Under the pieces are notes generated by a model. The model was not told the DNA's origin. It ran no database searches and worked only from the letters and a program-made list of their open reading frames with translations. From positions 1-64,000 of the forward strand of contig JBDHAC010000011.1 in the NCBI GenBank assembly GCA_039588275.1: a stretch of DNA of 64,000 nucleotides. The letters run 5' to 3'. Every line of letters begins with the position of its first letter. Positions within the stretch are counted from its first letter, which is position 1. Below are positions 28,279 to 38,114 of the stretch, one piece after another. The position numbers and the translations under genes are program-made. This DNA comes from Gemmatimonadota bacterium (lineage in GTDB: Bacteria > Gemmatimonadota > Gemmatimonadetes > Palauibacterales > Palauibacteraceae).

Positions 28279-29454
28279 TCACTCCACCAATCTGAGGTAT
28301 TTCACCACGGGCCCCGCGTTGCTGCCGCTACCACCGCCGATCGCCAGAAGGGGCATGATGCGACCGTATATGTTTGCCGCCCCGGGTGGACCCGGATCGA
28401 CGTCCTCGATGAAGACCCCGACGAAGTGGCTGATCTCGAAGTGCGGACCGGACCCCTGCTGCGTGTAGGTGTTGGGGTCGAACACCGGCATCGCGCGGTA
28501 TCGCAACCCACCCGTCACGACCTGGTTGCCGTTGAGCGTGTCAATAATGCATTGACAGGACGAATTGTACTCTTGCCCCGGGTATAGGTTGATGATGTCC
28601 CGGAACGTTTCGGCGAGGGTCTGCCGGTTGCCCGACTCTCGATAGAGCGAATCGCCGGCAACGTAAGCGGAGTCCTCGCCGTCGGGGCAGCCCAGGATCC
28701 GCTCACGGATCGGCGGGACGCCGTTGTTCTGTGGCGGGAGCCACAGCTCCCACATCCCGGGCATCAGGCGCGTGCTGGGCGGCGGGCCGGGCGTCGATCC
28801 TCCTTGCGAGGGGAGGAGCACGAACGGCTCGTAGAGCTGCCACCCGGTATAGGCCGCCTCGGGCGTGATGCCATCGGCCTGGTACGGTCCAATGTAGTAA
28901 TCCCCGTCCAACGGTTCCCATTCGGGTGTGCCGATCGACACCGGTTCGGGGGGCGAGTAGAAGGTGTCATACCACCTGTCCGGGAGCGCGACGGGTAGCA
29001 CACAGCTTACCGAGCTCGGTCCGGTTGCAGCCTCCGCTGCCGCCACCGTCCCGACGTCCACGTCGTTCATCCCGAACAGGCGAGCGAACAGCGTGCTCAC
29101 GGGTCCGCCATAGGACTGGCTGCGCAGGACGCGAACCCGAACCGTATCCGGGAGAATCACATCGATGTCCTGATCGCGTAGCAGGATGTTGCTGGTTCCG
29201 ACATCGTTGGAGTCGGCGTACGCCTTGGCCCAGTCTCGAGCCTGGGAGCCGTCCGGTACGTAGATGAGTGATGCCGCGCCCGCGAGCGCCGCTCCGTCGG
29301 CGGTGCGTTGGGCTTCGGTCCGCCGCTGCATGAGCATTCCGAGGTCGATGGACAAGGCCGCCATCGAAAGGAATACGACGATGCCAAGCGCCAGAAAGGC
29401 GCTGATTGCCCCCCGCTCGTCCCCACCCCGCCCCAGGCCATGAGAGACTCGCAT
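28279..29454 (-). CDS. TadG/TadE-like Flp pilus pseudopilin with large C-terminal domain
   Basis: ERGAI + hydrophobic helix + ALSIDLG...R.EAQRTADGAALAGA; V.TLFARLFG....V...A.A. Confidence 0.8.
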   Translation of the reverse strand: MRVSHGLGRGGDERGAISAFLALGIVVFLSMAALSIDLGMLMQRRTEAQRTADGAALAGAASLIYVPDGSQARDWAKAYADSNDVGTSNILLRDQDIDVILPDTVRVRVLRSQSYGGPVSTLFARLFGMNDVDVGTVAAAEAATGPSSVSCVLPVALPDRWYDTFYSPPEPVSIGTPEWEPLDGDYYIGPYQADGITPEAAYTGWQLYEPFVLLPSQGGSTPGPPPSTRLMPGMWELWLPPQNNGVPPIRERILGCPDGEDSAYVAGDSLYRESGNRQTLAETFRDIINLYPGQEYNSSCQCIIDTLNGNQVVTGGLRYRAMPVFDPNTYTQQGSGPHFEISHFVGVFIEDVDPGPPGAANIYGRIMPLLAIGGGSGSNAGPVVKYLRLVE

Positions 29455-29672
29455 GGGTCTGCCTCGGGATTCGGGTGATGCCGCTATTATTCTCGCGCCT
29501 TGCCGCCGCTTCACTCCCGCGGACTCGTGCGCCTCGGCACTGGGCTGTTGCTGCGGATCTCCACCACCTACTGCGGACGCCCGGGAGCGGCTGCTCCCGC
29601 GACGAGAAAACCGCGTGGGTGGTCCCAACTGAGGGACCCGGTCCGACGACTGATGCTCACCGGACTCGCAAT

Positions 29673-29701
29673 AATCTAGGGAAGCGACCGGTGGCTGTCC
29701 A
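29673..29701 (-). promoter_or_regulatory. Candidate sigma70 promoter TGGACA-N17-TAGATT for the tadG-like gene
   Basis: Read on the minus strand with a 17-nt spacer. Confidence 0.4.
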
Positions 29702-29874
29702 CTTCCCCCCGCCTATGACTGGCAAACTGCGAGCCTATCTTGTTGCGAAACGCGCGTTTGCGGGATCGGGTGGCTTGCGGCGTAGCAGCCTCGGGACACC
29801 TGGCGGGGGCTCGGCGTGGCCTCGGACACTCTGTTAGGGCTCGGCGTGGCCTCGGAGGGAGACCTCCAGACAGG

Positions 29875-31365
29875 TCAGCGAACGCGCACTCTCGGCGCCC
29901 GAGACCCGTACGCCGTCGCTGCTACGATGCGACCTGAGGCGTCCCGCTCGAATCGGCCCGGGGCGCCGTCTGACATGATCACGAAGCGGTCACTCCCTGT
30001 CAGCACCAGCTCGCTCGCGGGCCGCTCACCGACTCGAAGCTCGAGGCGGCCGCGCCGCCAGCGGATGGTCACAGCCATGTCGGGGGCATCCGCCAGGCGG
30101 TAGTCGCCCACGTACTGCCGCGCCTCGTCCGAGGTCAGGGCGCGGCTCCGCACGCTGCGCGGAGCATATCCTGGCCACTCGTACGCGGCAGCGATCGCGT
30201 ACAGGATCTCCTGCACCAGGGGCTCGCCGGTGTCCCCGTTCGTCATCACGACGGCCCCGAGTCCGCGGCGCGGGTAGACGATGAAGCCCCCGCGAAATCC
30301 CTCGTTCGCACCTCCGTGCCCGAACAGGAGATCGGGGCCGGAATCTTCGAGCCTGGGTCCGAGCCCCCAGCCGTTCAACCCCGGCCTCAGCATCTCCGCG
30401 CTCATCGATGGCGTGAGCACTCCGTCCGTGGCTCCCTCGAGCCAACTGCCCACCGCGAGGGCATAGCGCACGAGCTCCGAGGGCGTGGTCCAAAGCCCGG
30501 CGGCCGCCTTCTCCGGGTACGTGTGCCAGGCCCCGACTACCGGTGTCCCATCGGCTTTGTAGCCGGTCGCCGCCGCACCCCGCAGTTCCTCGGGGAGTGG
30601 TTGCTCGTAAGTGCTCGCCCGCATCTCGAGCGCATCCAGCACCTCGCGCATGACGACCTCGAAGGAGCGACCGGTGATATCCTCCACGAGTTGCTGCATG
30701 ACCGTGTAGCCACCTCCCGAGTACCTCCACTCCGTGCCCGGCTCGAGGTCGACGCGCACGGGGTCCGAATTGGCCGGCGGGACTCCGTCCAGCACCTGGA
30801 CCGTGCTCGGCAGCCGCTCACCCTCCGCATAACCCCGAAACCCATGCACCGTGAGCCCCGCGGTGTGCATGAGTAGCTGCCGCAGCGTGACGGGCGCTTC
30901 CCGGTAGGGGTCGTCACGCGGGATCCGCCAGGAAGAGAGGTGCCCTCCGATATCCTGGTCGAGGTCGATACGACCCTCCTCGACGAGGCGGAGGGCCGCG
31001 AGCGCAGCCACGGGCTTGCTCATGGAGGCGGCCTGAAACAGCGTCTCCGACGTCACGGTGCGGTCCGACTCGAGGTCCGCCTCACCGTATCCCCGGGCCC
31101 ACTCGAGCCTTCCCCCGTTGATCACGGCGACGCTCACTCCCGGGACGCCGTGGAGCGCCATTCGATCGGCGAGCCGGAAGTGGCGCGGCCCGCGACCCTC
31201 GATCTGGACGGGACCCAGGAGGCCCGACTCGACGCGAGCGATGCGGGCCTCGATCTCCGCCGCGCTCGGAAGGGGGAGCTGGCCGCCGGACGAATCGCAG
31301 GCCCCTGCCAGCAGGCAAAGACCGACGGTACCGGTCGCGAGTCGTGACGAGGCTCTTCCGCTCAA
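29875..31365 (-). CDS. Serine hydrolase, beta-lactamase/AmpC-like family, lipoprotein
   Basis: FQAASMSK (SxxK), LLMHTAG, YSGGG, HGG.NEGF; AAGGAGG RBS before TTG 31365; lipobox LAGAC. Confidence 0.9.
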   Translation of the reverse strand: MSGRASSRLATGTVGLCLLAGACDSSGGQLPLPSAAEIEARIARVESGLLGPVQIEGRGPRHFRLADRMALHGVPGVSVAVINGGRLEWARGYGEADLESDRTVTSETLFQAASMSKPVAALAALRLVEEGRIDLDQDIGGHLSSWRIPRDDPYREAPVTLRQLLMHTAGLTVHGFRGYAEGERLPSTVQVLDGVPPANSDPVRVDLEPGTEWRYSGGGYTVMQQLVEDITGRSFEVVMREVLDALEMRASTYEQPLPEELRGAAATGYKADGTPVVGAWHTYPEKAAAGLWTTPSELVRYALAVGSWLEGATDGVLTPSMSAEMLRPGLNGWGLGPRLEDSGPDLLFGHGGANEGFRGGFIVYPRRGLGAVVMTNGDTGEPLVQEILYAIAAAYEWPGYAPRSVRSRALTSDEARQYVGDYRLADAPDMAVTIRWRRGRLELRVGERPASELVLTGSDRFVIMSDGAPGRFERDASGRIVAATAYGSRAPRVRVR

Positions 31366-31458
31366 AGGCTCGACCTCCTTGGTCTCTCCTACCGGCGGGC
31401 ATCCGCGAAGGTTTCGCGAGCGCTGGACCCGAGGCGCCGCCCGACCGACCTTATGGCC

Positions 31459-32196
31459 ATGAGAATCGTCTACTTCGTGCCCGGGCCATTGTCTCTCGGA
31501 CCGCTCGGGCCCGACGAGCTGGTCCGTCGCGGAGAGTTCCTCTCGGCGCACGCGTTCGCCGGAACGGAGATCGCGGTGCGCGAGACGTCGTCGGGACCCG
31601 CCTCGGTGGAGTCCTCCGTGGAGGAGCACCTGGCAGTGCCCGGGCTCCTCGAGGCGGTCCCCGAGCTGGAAGCGGAAGGCTTCGACGCGATCATCATCGG
31701 CTGCTATGGGGATCCGGGATTGGCCCCCGCCCGGGAGCTGGTCGGCATCCCGGTCATCGGACCCGGCCAGGCGAGCGGACACGTGGCCGCGCAGCTGGGT
31801 GAGAGGTTCGGGATCCTGACCGTTGTCCGGGAGGTGGTCCCGGCGATTCGTCGCCAGATGCGTGGCTACGGCCTCGACCCGTTCCTCGCCGACGTTCGCG
31901 CCGTGGACGTCCCCGTCCTGGAGTTGCGAGAGCGCGCGGGGGAAGTCCTCGACACGCTGGAGGAAGAGGCGAGGCGCGCGGTGGACGCCGGCGCGGACGC
32001 TCTCGTCCTCGGCTGCATGACGATGGGGTTCCTGGATGCGGCGAAAGATCTCCAGGAGCGGGTGGGGATCCCCGTCGTGAATCCCGTGCTCGCGGCCCTC
32101 CGGTCTGCGGAGAGCACAGTGGCCCTCGGGCTGGCGCACTCGCGACGCGCGTACCCGGTCCCCAGGAAGCAGGGGGCGGCCACTCCGATCAGTTGA
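31459..32196 (+). CDS. Asp/Glu/hydantoin racemase family protein
   Basis: GP.SVE, IIGCYGDPGL..ARE, LVLGCMTMG (two catalytic Cys), IPVVNP. Confidence 0.9.
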   Translation: MRIVYFVPGPLSLGPLGPDELVRRGEFLSAHAFAGTEIAVRETSSGPASVESSVEEHLAVPGLLEAVPELEAEGFDAIIIGCYGDPGLAPARELVGIPVIGPGQASGHVAAQLGERFGILTVVREVVPAIRRQMRGYGLDPFLADVRAVDVPVLELRERAGEVLDTLEEEARRAVDAGADALVLGCMTMGFLDAAKDLQERVGIPVVNPVLAALRSAESTVALGLAHSRRAYPVPRKQGAATPIS

Positions 32197-32219
32197 GGGA
32201 GGCGACGGCAGACGACGCC

Positions 32220-33653
32220 CTACGGCCGGATCACGCCGACTCCGCCCTCGAGCCGAACCCCCGTCCCGAATGCTTCCGAGAGATCCGCGAGTCCATCGAG
32301 GATGGCACTCGCGTGCTCGCCCGTCGCCAGTTGAGGTCGGCCGCGCTGCGGGCGGTCCAGCCCGTGACCGAGCGTGACAGGGTAAAGACGAACCTCGTGC
32401 AGCGCGCCGCCCCGGAACTCCGTCATGGCGAGGATCCCATCCCAATACGCCGGATCTCCAGGGAACCCTCCCCCTCTCGAGCGCTCGATGCGCCGATCCT
32501 GAAACTCGCCGGGGAGCGCGTCCGGAGGCAGGTCGTACGCTTCGTAGTTATCGGCGGGTTGAAGCTCCACCGTTTCGTTCTGGAAGATGAAGTCCCCGAG
32601 GCTGTAAAAGATCGGTTTACCCTGATAGATCTCGATGCCCCGTAACACATGGGGGCCGTGCCCGGCGAACACATCCGCGCCGGCATCGATGACGGCGTGC
32701 GCCGCCTCGATCAGGAAGTCGGCCGGAATCTCCCGCCGGCCCGCGGACTCGTGCGTGTGGCTGGTCACCAGGACGAAATCCGCCTGGCGCGCAGCGTCCT
32801 GCACGGTCCGGACGATGTGCTCGAGGTCGTCTGGGTTGGCGCGCGTCTCCTGCCGTAACTCGTCGCCGCGCACGAATCGCGCTCCGCCGAACGTGAATGA
32901 ATCGGCATCTTCGCGCAGACCCGGTCGGAACCCCCGCAGGATATCCAGCAGGGTCGCGAACCGGTCTTCCGGCAGGATGTAACGACGGCTGAACCGAAGC
33001 GGGCTGAGCCCGGGCCGCCCTCGCATGTCCTTCCGCTGCTCGCCGGCGCGCATCGCATCATCGAACGTGGATGCGATCGAGATGAGCGCGACGCGTCCGC
33101 CCGGGGTCTCCAGATACGCCGGCGCGCGCGCTTCGGCGAGGTTCTCTCCCACTCCCGCGTGCACGAGCCCCGCCGCCTCCACCGCGCGGGTCGTCGCTCG
33201 CATGCCGCCGACCCCGAAGTCCATCGAGTGGTTGTTCGCTCGGCTCACCAGATCGAACCCGAACCATGCCAGCTCGCCGGCCATTCTCGGCTCCGCCCGC
33301 ATGTACGTGCCGCCCGGCGCCGCGGCCGGAATCACGTCTTCCTCGTAGTCGTGGAACAGCACCTCGAGGTTCGTGAACGCCGCGGTCGCGCCGCGGACGA
33401 GCTCGCGCAGGGTGAGGAAATGGGGCTCCCGGTAAGGGCTCAGAGCCCGGGTGATGATGGCATCGCCGGTAAGTGCCAGCGTGATGTCGCCGCGCGCGTC
33501 CTCGAAAGACTGCGCGACGACCGCCGTCGAGTCCGCCGCGAGCAGGATCCACCCCGTGAGCAGGAGCGCCGAGGCCCACGAAAGGTTGGCGCGCGCGGGG
33601 CCGTCGTGGCGGCCGTGCGAGTGGCCGGGGTCGTCAGGCGAAGTGTCCGTCAT
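32220..33653 (-). CDS. CapA/PgsA family metallophosphoesterase-fold protein, secreted
   Basis: TGD, TNLE, ANNHSMDFG, SHTHE, IDAGAD.F.GHGPHVL.GIEIY.GKPIFYSLGDF. Confidence 0.9.
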   Translation of the reverse strand: MTDTSPDDPGHSHGRHDGPARANLSWASALLLTGWILLAADSTAVVAQSFEDARGDITLALTGDAIITRALSPYREPHFLTLRELVRGATAAFTNLEVLFHDYEEDVIPAAAPGGTYMRAEPRMAGELAWFGFDLVSRANNHSMDFGVGGMRATTRAVEAAGLVHAGVGENLAEARAPAYLETPGGRVALISIASTFDDAMRAGEQRKDMRGRPGLSPLRFSRRYILPEDRFATLLDILRGFRPGLREDADSFTFGGARFVRGDELRQETRANPDDLEHIVRTVQDAARQADFVLVTSHTHESAGRREIPADFLIEAAHAVIDAGADVFAGHGPHVLRGIEIYQGKPIFYSLGDFIFQNETVELQPADNYEAYDLPPDALPGEFQDRRIERSRGGGFPGDPAYWDGILAMTEFRGGALHEVRLYPVTLGHGLDRPQRGRPQLATGEHASAILDGLADLSEAFGTGVRLEGGVGVIRP

Positions 33654-33762
33654 GCCCACCTCCGGAGCGCGTTACGCTGAGGTTCCTTGTCCGTTTCCGG
33701 GTTCCGTCGACACATTCGGGTAGCTCGGTCGACACCTTCCCACGGTCCGGTCGAGCCCCCAG

Positions 33763-33777
33763 GATCACATTGTGATC
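33763..33777. promoter_or_regulatory. Perfect 15-bp palindrome GATCACA-T-TGTGATC, candidate operator
   Basis: Centred in the divergent intergenic region between the CapA-like and VPS10-like genes. Confidence 0.45.
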
Positions 33778-33891
33778 AACATAGTCCCGCGAACGCGCTC
33801 CACGCAGCAGCTCTCGGAGCGCCGCGAGGCGGGCGGCGCCCATACTGTCACACTTTATGTACATGGACTCAAGTACTTACCGGACAATAAC

Positions 33892-36800
33892 ATGAAACAT
33901 GTCCACGCCATCATCGTCGCGCTCGCCTCAGTCACGGGAGTCGCCGCGGAAGTCGGCCTCGCGCGCCCACTCCTGGCGCAGGACCCGGTGGACCGGGCCG
34001 GGGCTGCCGACACGCGGCCCGAAGAGTCACAGGACGCGAACGTCATCGTCGACCCCGCCCTGTTCGCCGGGCTGAAGTACCGCATGGTGGGCCCGACGCG
34101 GGGCGGGCGCGTCACGACCGTGGAGGGCCACCGCGCCCACCCGTACACCTTCTATATGGGAACCGTGGGTGGCGGAGTCTGGAAGACGGAGAACTACGGA
34201 CAGGAGTGGCGCCCGATCACGGACGGCCACCTGGAGACGGGATCGATCGGCTCGGTGGAGGTCGCCGATTCCGACCCGAACGTCATCTATGTCGGCACCG
34301 GCTCGGACGGGATCCGGAGCAACGTCATCACCGGGCGGGGGATCTACAAGTCGACGGACGCGGGTGATACCTGGACCTTCCTCGGACTTCGGCAGGCGGG
34401 TCAGATCGGGGCGGTCAAGGCCCACCCGGAGAATCCCGACCTGGTATACGTCGCCGCCCTCGGACACCCGTTCGGACCGAACGAAGAACGGGGAGTGTTC
34501 CGGTCGAAAGACGGCGGGCTGAGTTGGGAGAAGGTGCTGTTCGCGTCCGACAGCGTCGGGGCGATCGACCTCGAGCTCCATCCCACGAACCCCAGCACGA
34601 TCTACGCGGCCATGTGGCGGGGCGAGCGCAAGCCGTGGACGATCATCAGCGGGGCGCGCGACGAGGACGGCATCTGGCGGTCCACGGATGGTGGGGATAC
34701 CTGGGAGCGGATGACGAACGGGCTGCCGCCGGACCTGATCGGAAAGATCGATCTCGGCGTCTCGCCGGCCGACCCCGATCGCGTGTACGCGCTCGTGGAG
34801 GCTCCGGAGCCCCTCGAAGGACTGTACCGCTCGGACGACCGGGGCGTCTCCTGGCGACTGGTGAACGACCGCTCGATGGAGCTGATGCGACGGCCGTTCT
34901 ACTACACGAACGTGACCGCCGACCCCACGGACGCCGACGTCGTGTGGGTCAACAACGAGCGCCTGTGGAAGTCCACCGATGGCGGTGAATCGTTCGAAAG
35001 GGTTTCGACGACGCACGGGGACAACCACGACCTGTGGATCAACCCCGACGATTCGCGGATCATGATCCAGTCGAACGACGGCGGCGCCAGCGTGACCCTG
35101 GACGGCGGGAGTACCTGGTCGACGATCCACAACCAGCCGACCGCGGAGCTGTACCAGGTCGATGTCGACGACGACTTCCCGTATTGGCTGTATGCCGGGC
35201 AGCAAGACAACTCGACGATCGCCGTGCCCAGCCTGCCTCCGGCGGAATCGGCGCCAGGTGGTGCCGAGGCCTGGTGGAAATCGATCGGCGGTTGTGAGAC
35301 GGGTCCGGCAGTTCCGAGGCCGGGAGATCCCGGTGTCGTGTATGCGAACTGCAAGGGCCGCTTCGGGCTGTACAATGCGCGCACCGGTCAGGAGCAGCGG
35401 TACTACGTGGGCGCCGTGAACATCTACGGCCACAACCCGGGGGATCTTCCATATCGCTTCCAGCGAACGGTCCCGATCGAAGTGTCGCCGTTCGATCCCG
35501 ACGTGGTCTATCACGGGTCGCAGTACGTGCACCGCACGGTGGACGGCGGACGCACGTGGGAGCGGATCAGCCCCGACCTGACGGCCTTCCGCCCCGAGCG
35601 CCAGGTCGTCTCGGGTACCCCCATCACGCGCGACATCACCGGCGAGGAGCACTACAGCACGCTGTATGTGATCGAGGCTTCGTCACACGATCGGCGCGAG
35701 ATCTGGGCCGGGGCCAACGATGGCCCGGTCCACCTGACCCGCGATGGGGGCGAGAGCTGGACGGACGTGACGCCGCCCGACATGCCCCCCGAGGGGCGGA
35801 TGAACGCGATCGCGATCTCGCCGCACCAGCCGGGCAAAGTGTACATAGCCGGGTATCGGTTTCAGCTCGATGACTGGGCCCCATACATCTACCGTACCAC
35901 GGACTACGGCGAGACCTGGACCCGGCTCACCGACGGGACGAACGGGATCCCCGCCGACTACCCCGTGCGCGTCGTGCGCGAGGACCCGGACCGCGAGGGC
36001 TTGCTGTATGCGGGAACCGAGTTCGGGATATTCGTCTCGTTCGACGACGGAGCCCACTGGCAGAGCCTCCAGCTCAACCTGCCGGCCACCCCGATCACCG
36101 ACATCGAGCTCGTCTACGGCGATCTGGTTTTGTCGACGATGGGCCGGTCTTTCTGGATCCTGGACAACGTCACGCCGTTGCACGCGCTCTCGCCGGAGCG
36201 GAGCGCGGAGCTCGCGCAGGCGGACGCTCACCTGTTCCCGCCCCGTTCGACCTACCGCATGCGATACCGAACTCCGGGCGGGTCCGGCGCGCGCAGTCCC
36301 GGTTCTCCCGAGTATCCATCGCCCGGCGCCACGATCGATTACTACCTGGGCTCGGCTCCGGACGGTGACGTCGCCCTCGAGATCCTCGATACGACGAGAC
36401 AGCTCGTGCGGCAGTTCGAGGGCGGCGCCGGTGAGGCGCCAGCGATCGAGCCAGGCGGAGCCGGCGGCGGTGGCGGTTTCGGGAGTGGCGGTGCCGGCGG
36501 CTCCCGGCTCCGGGCGTCGGCGGGCATGCACCGATTCAACTGGGATCTTCGACACGCGGGACCCGAGGGCGCCGATCGCGGGCCCCTCGTCCCACCCGGC
36601 GTTTACACGGCGCGGCTGAGCGTTGGCGACTGGTCGAAGGAGTACGGGTTCGACGTCCGTATCGATCAGCGCGTGTGGGCCGAGGGGGTGACCCAGGAGG
36701 ACCTCGAGGCTCAGTTCGAGCTCGGCATGGAGGTCGTGCAGACCCTGGTGGAAGCGGAGGATCTGGCGGCGAGCGTGGAGGCCATGCTGGAGGAGCTCGA

Positions 36801-37065
36801 AGAAGCTGCCGAGGCGGGAGAGCCGGCCGAGGGCATGGGAGCGCTTCGCGAGGAGTTGATCGGCTTGAGGGCGTCGCTCGTCGACGAGGACGGCAGCTAC
36901 CCCCAACCCATGCTCATCAGCCAGATCGAGTACCTGAACGACATGATCTCGCGCGCCGACCAGCCGCCCGGACGTGACGCGTACGAACGCCTCGAGCAGC
37001 TGCAGACGGAGCTCGCCCGCGCCGCCGAAGCGTTCGCCGAGTTGCGGGGCACGCAGGAGCGCTAG
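33892..37065 (+). CDS. Secreted VPS10/sortilin-like BNR (Asp-box) repeat protein with C-terminal helical domain
   Basis: Signal peptide; many S.DGG.TW Asp-boxes; GGRV, HGDNH.LWINP, LYAGTEFG, T.GRSFWILD. Confidence 0.88.
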   Translation: MKHVHAIIVALASVTGVAAEVGLARPLLAQDPVDRAGAADTRPEESQDANVIVDPALFAGLKYRMVGPTRGGRVTTVEGHRAHPYTFYMGTVGGGVWKTENYGQEWRPITDGHLETGSIGSVEVADSDPNVIYVGTGSDGIRSNVITGRGIYKSTDAGDTWTFLGLRQAGQIGAVKAHPENPDLVYVAALGHPFGPNEERGVFRSKDGGLSWEKVLFASDSVGAIDLELHPTNPSTIYAAMWRGERKPWTIISGARDEDGIWRSTDGGDTWERMTNGLPPDLIGKIDLGVSPADPDRVYALVEAPEPLEGLYRSDDRGVSWRLVNDRSMELMRRPFYYTNVTADPTDADVVWVNNERLWKSTDGGESFERVSTTHGDNHDLWINPDDSRIMIQSNDGGASVTLDGGSTWSTIHNQPTAELYQVDVDDDFPYWLYAGQQDNSTIAVPSLPPAESAPGGAEAWWKSIGGCETGPAVPRPGDPGVVYANCKGRFGLYNARTGQEQRYYVGAVNIYGHNPGDLPYRFQRTVPIEVSPFDPDVVYHGSQYVHRTVDGGRTWERISPDLTAFRPERQVVSGTPITRDITGEEHYSTLYVIEASSHDRREIWAGANDGPVHLTRDGGESWTDVTPPDMPPEGRMNAIAISPHQPGKVYIAGYRFQLDDWAPYIYRTTDYGETWTRLTDGTNGIPADYPVRVVREDPDREGLLYAGTEFGIFVSFDDGAHWQSLQLNLPATPITDIELVYGDLVLSTMGRSFWILDNVTPLHALSPERSAELAQADAHLFPPRSTYRMRYRTPGGSGARSPGSPEYPSPGATIDYYLGSAPDGDVALEILDTTRQLVRQFEGGAGEAPAIEPGGAGGGGGFGSGGAGGSRLRASAGMHRFNWDLRHAGPEGADRGPLVPPGVYTARLSVGDWSKEYGFDVRIDQRVWAEGVTQEDLEAQFELGMEVVQTLVEAEDLAASVEAMLEELEEAAEAGEPAEGMGALREELIGLRASLVDEDGSYPQPMLISQIEYLNDMISRADQPPGRDAYERLEQLQTELARAAEAFAELRGTQER

Positions 37066-37238
37066 CGCGTCGCTGACGAAGCTCCCACAGACCGGCCAGC
37101 GACGCGAGCAACGGTCCGTTCCGGCCTGCGGACCGTTGACGGGACTCCCACGCTCGGGCACTCTTGGACAGGCGGCGGTCCCGTCGCCACCCCCAGGGCT
37201 CCGGGGCTGCCAGATGTTCGTGCGGCTAGGAGGTCCCC

Positions 37239-38027
37239 ATGAAGCGGTTCACTCTCGGTGGTCCTGTCGCGATCCCCCTCATCCTGTTCGCTGGCCAGCT
37301 CTCGGGTCAGGAAGTCAACCACCCGATGTACCTCGTGTACCAGGAGTACGTTAGAGCGGCACAGACGCCCCAGTATGAGGAGGCGACGCACACCCTCCTC
37401 GATCGCATGCTCGAGACGCCGATCTCGAGCCAGGTTCAATTCGTGACCATCGCCGGCCCGGAGCTCGGATACGCGTTCGTCGTTCCCATCGACGGCTTCG
37501 CGGGTATCGATGCGTTCAACCGGAATTTAGCGGCGGGGGCCGGGCACATCGGGCTCGATGAATGGACAGGACTCGAGGATAAGATCGGTCAGGCGATCGA
37601 CCACCGGAAGTCTATCGTGATCGAGCTCCGGCCGGACCTGTCCTACCTGCCTGACCTGGTCGACCTGACTGCCGAGCTACCGTTCCGCAACTACCACTGG
37701 TACTACACGATCCCGGGGAAGCAGCAACAGCTCGAGAGCGTCGCGCTGGAGCTGGTGGCGTTGTACGCGGCAAACGGAATCGGACACGGATTCCGGTTCT
37801 ATCAGATCCTGCTCGGCGACGACCTTCCCGGGTACGTCGTGGTCGAGCGGGCGGAGAGCGAGGCCGATTATGCGGCCCGCACGGCAAAGATCCGCGAGAC
37901 GGTCGGTGGGGACGCCGATGCGTTGCTCGGGAAGGCGCTGGCGTTCACGCGCCGGATCGAAGTCATGGAAGGACTGATCCGGCCCGACCTCTCGTTCCCG
38001 CCCGTCGACGTACACCCTCGAGACTAG
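37239..38027 (+). CDS. Secreted hypothetical protein with two internally repeated domains (NIPSNAP-like)
   Basis: AGGAGG RBS, signal peptide; both halves end in RPDLS[Y/F]. Confidence 0.7.
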   Translation: MKRFTLGGPVAIPLILFAGQLSGQEVNHPMYLVYQEYVRAAQTPQYEEATHTLLDRMLETPISSQVQFVTIAGPELGYAFVVPIDGFAGIDAFNRNLAAGAGHIGLDEWTGLEDKIGQAIDHRKSIVIELRPDLSYLPDLVDLTAELPFRNYHWYYTIPGKQQQLESVALELVALYAANGIGHGFRFYQILLGDDLPGYVVVERAESEADYAARTAKIRETVGGDADALLGKALAFTRRIEVMEGLIRPDLSFPPVDVHPRD

Positions 38028-38040
38028 GAGGCTCGCGCTC

Positions 38041-38104
38041 GCGGGCTGGCTCTCGAAGCAGGCTTTTGCGGGCTGGTCTCGCAGCAGGCTTTTACGGGCT
38101 GGCT
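38041..38104. repeat. 26-27 bp direct repeat, about 2.4 copies
   Basis: GCGGGCTGGCTCTCGAAGCAGGCTTTT / GCGGGCTGGTCTCGCAGCAGGCTTTT / ACGGGCTGGCT. Confidence 0.85.
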
Positions 38105-38114
38105 AGCCGTTGCT

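Noticed and set aside
29719..29765. GGCAAAC...GAAA, similar to a c-di-GMP-I riboswitch start
   Set aside because: Wrong strand for the tadG-like gene, and the rest of the consensus is absent.
29875..31365. Clinical-type beta-lactamase resistance gene
   Set aside because: YSG instead of YxN and HGG instead of KTG, plus a C-terminal extension, fit generic serine hydrolases; no mobile context.
38041..38104. Direct repeats as a mini-CRISPR array
   Set aside because: No spacers between units and no cas genes.
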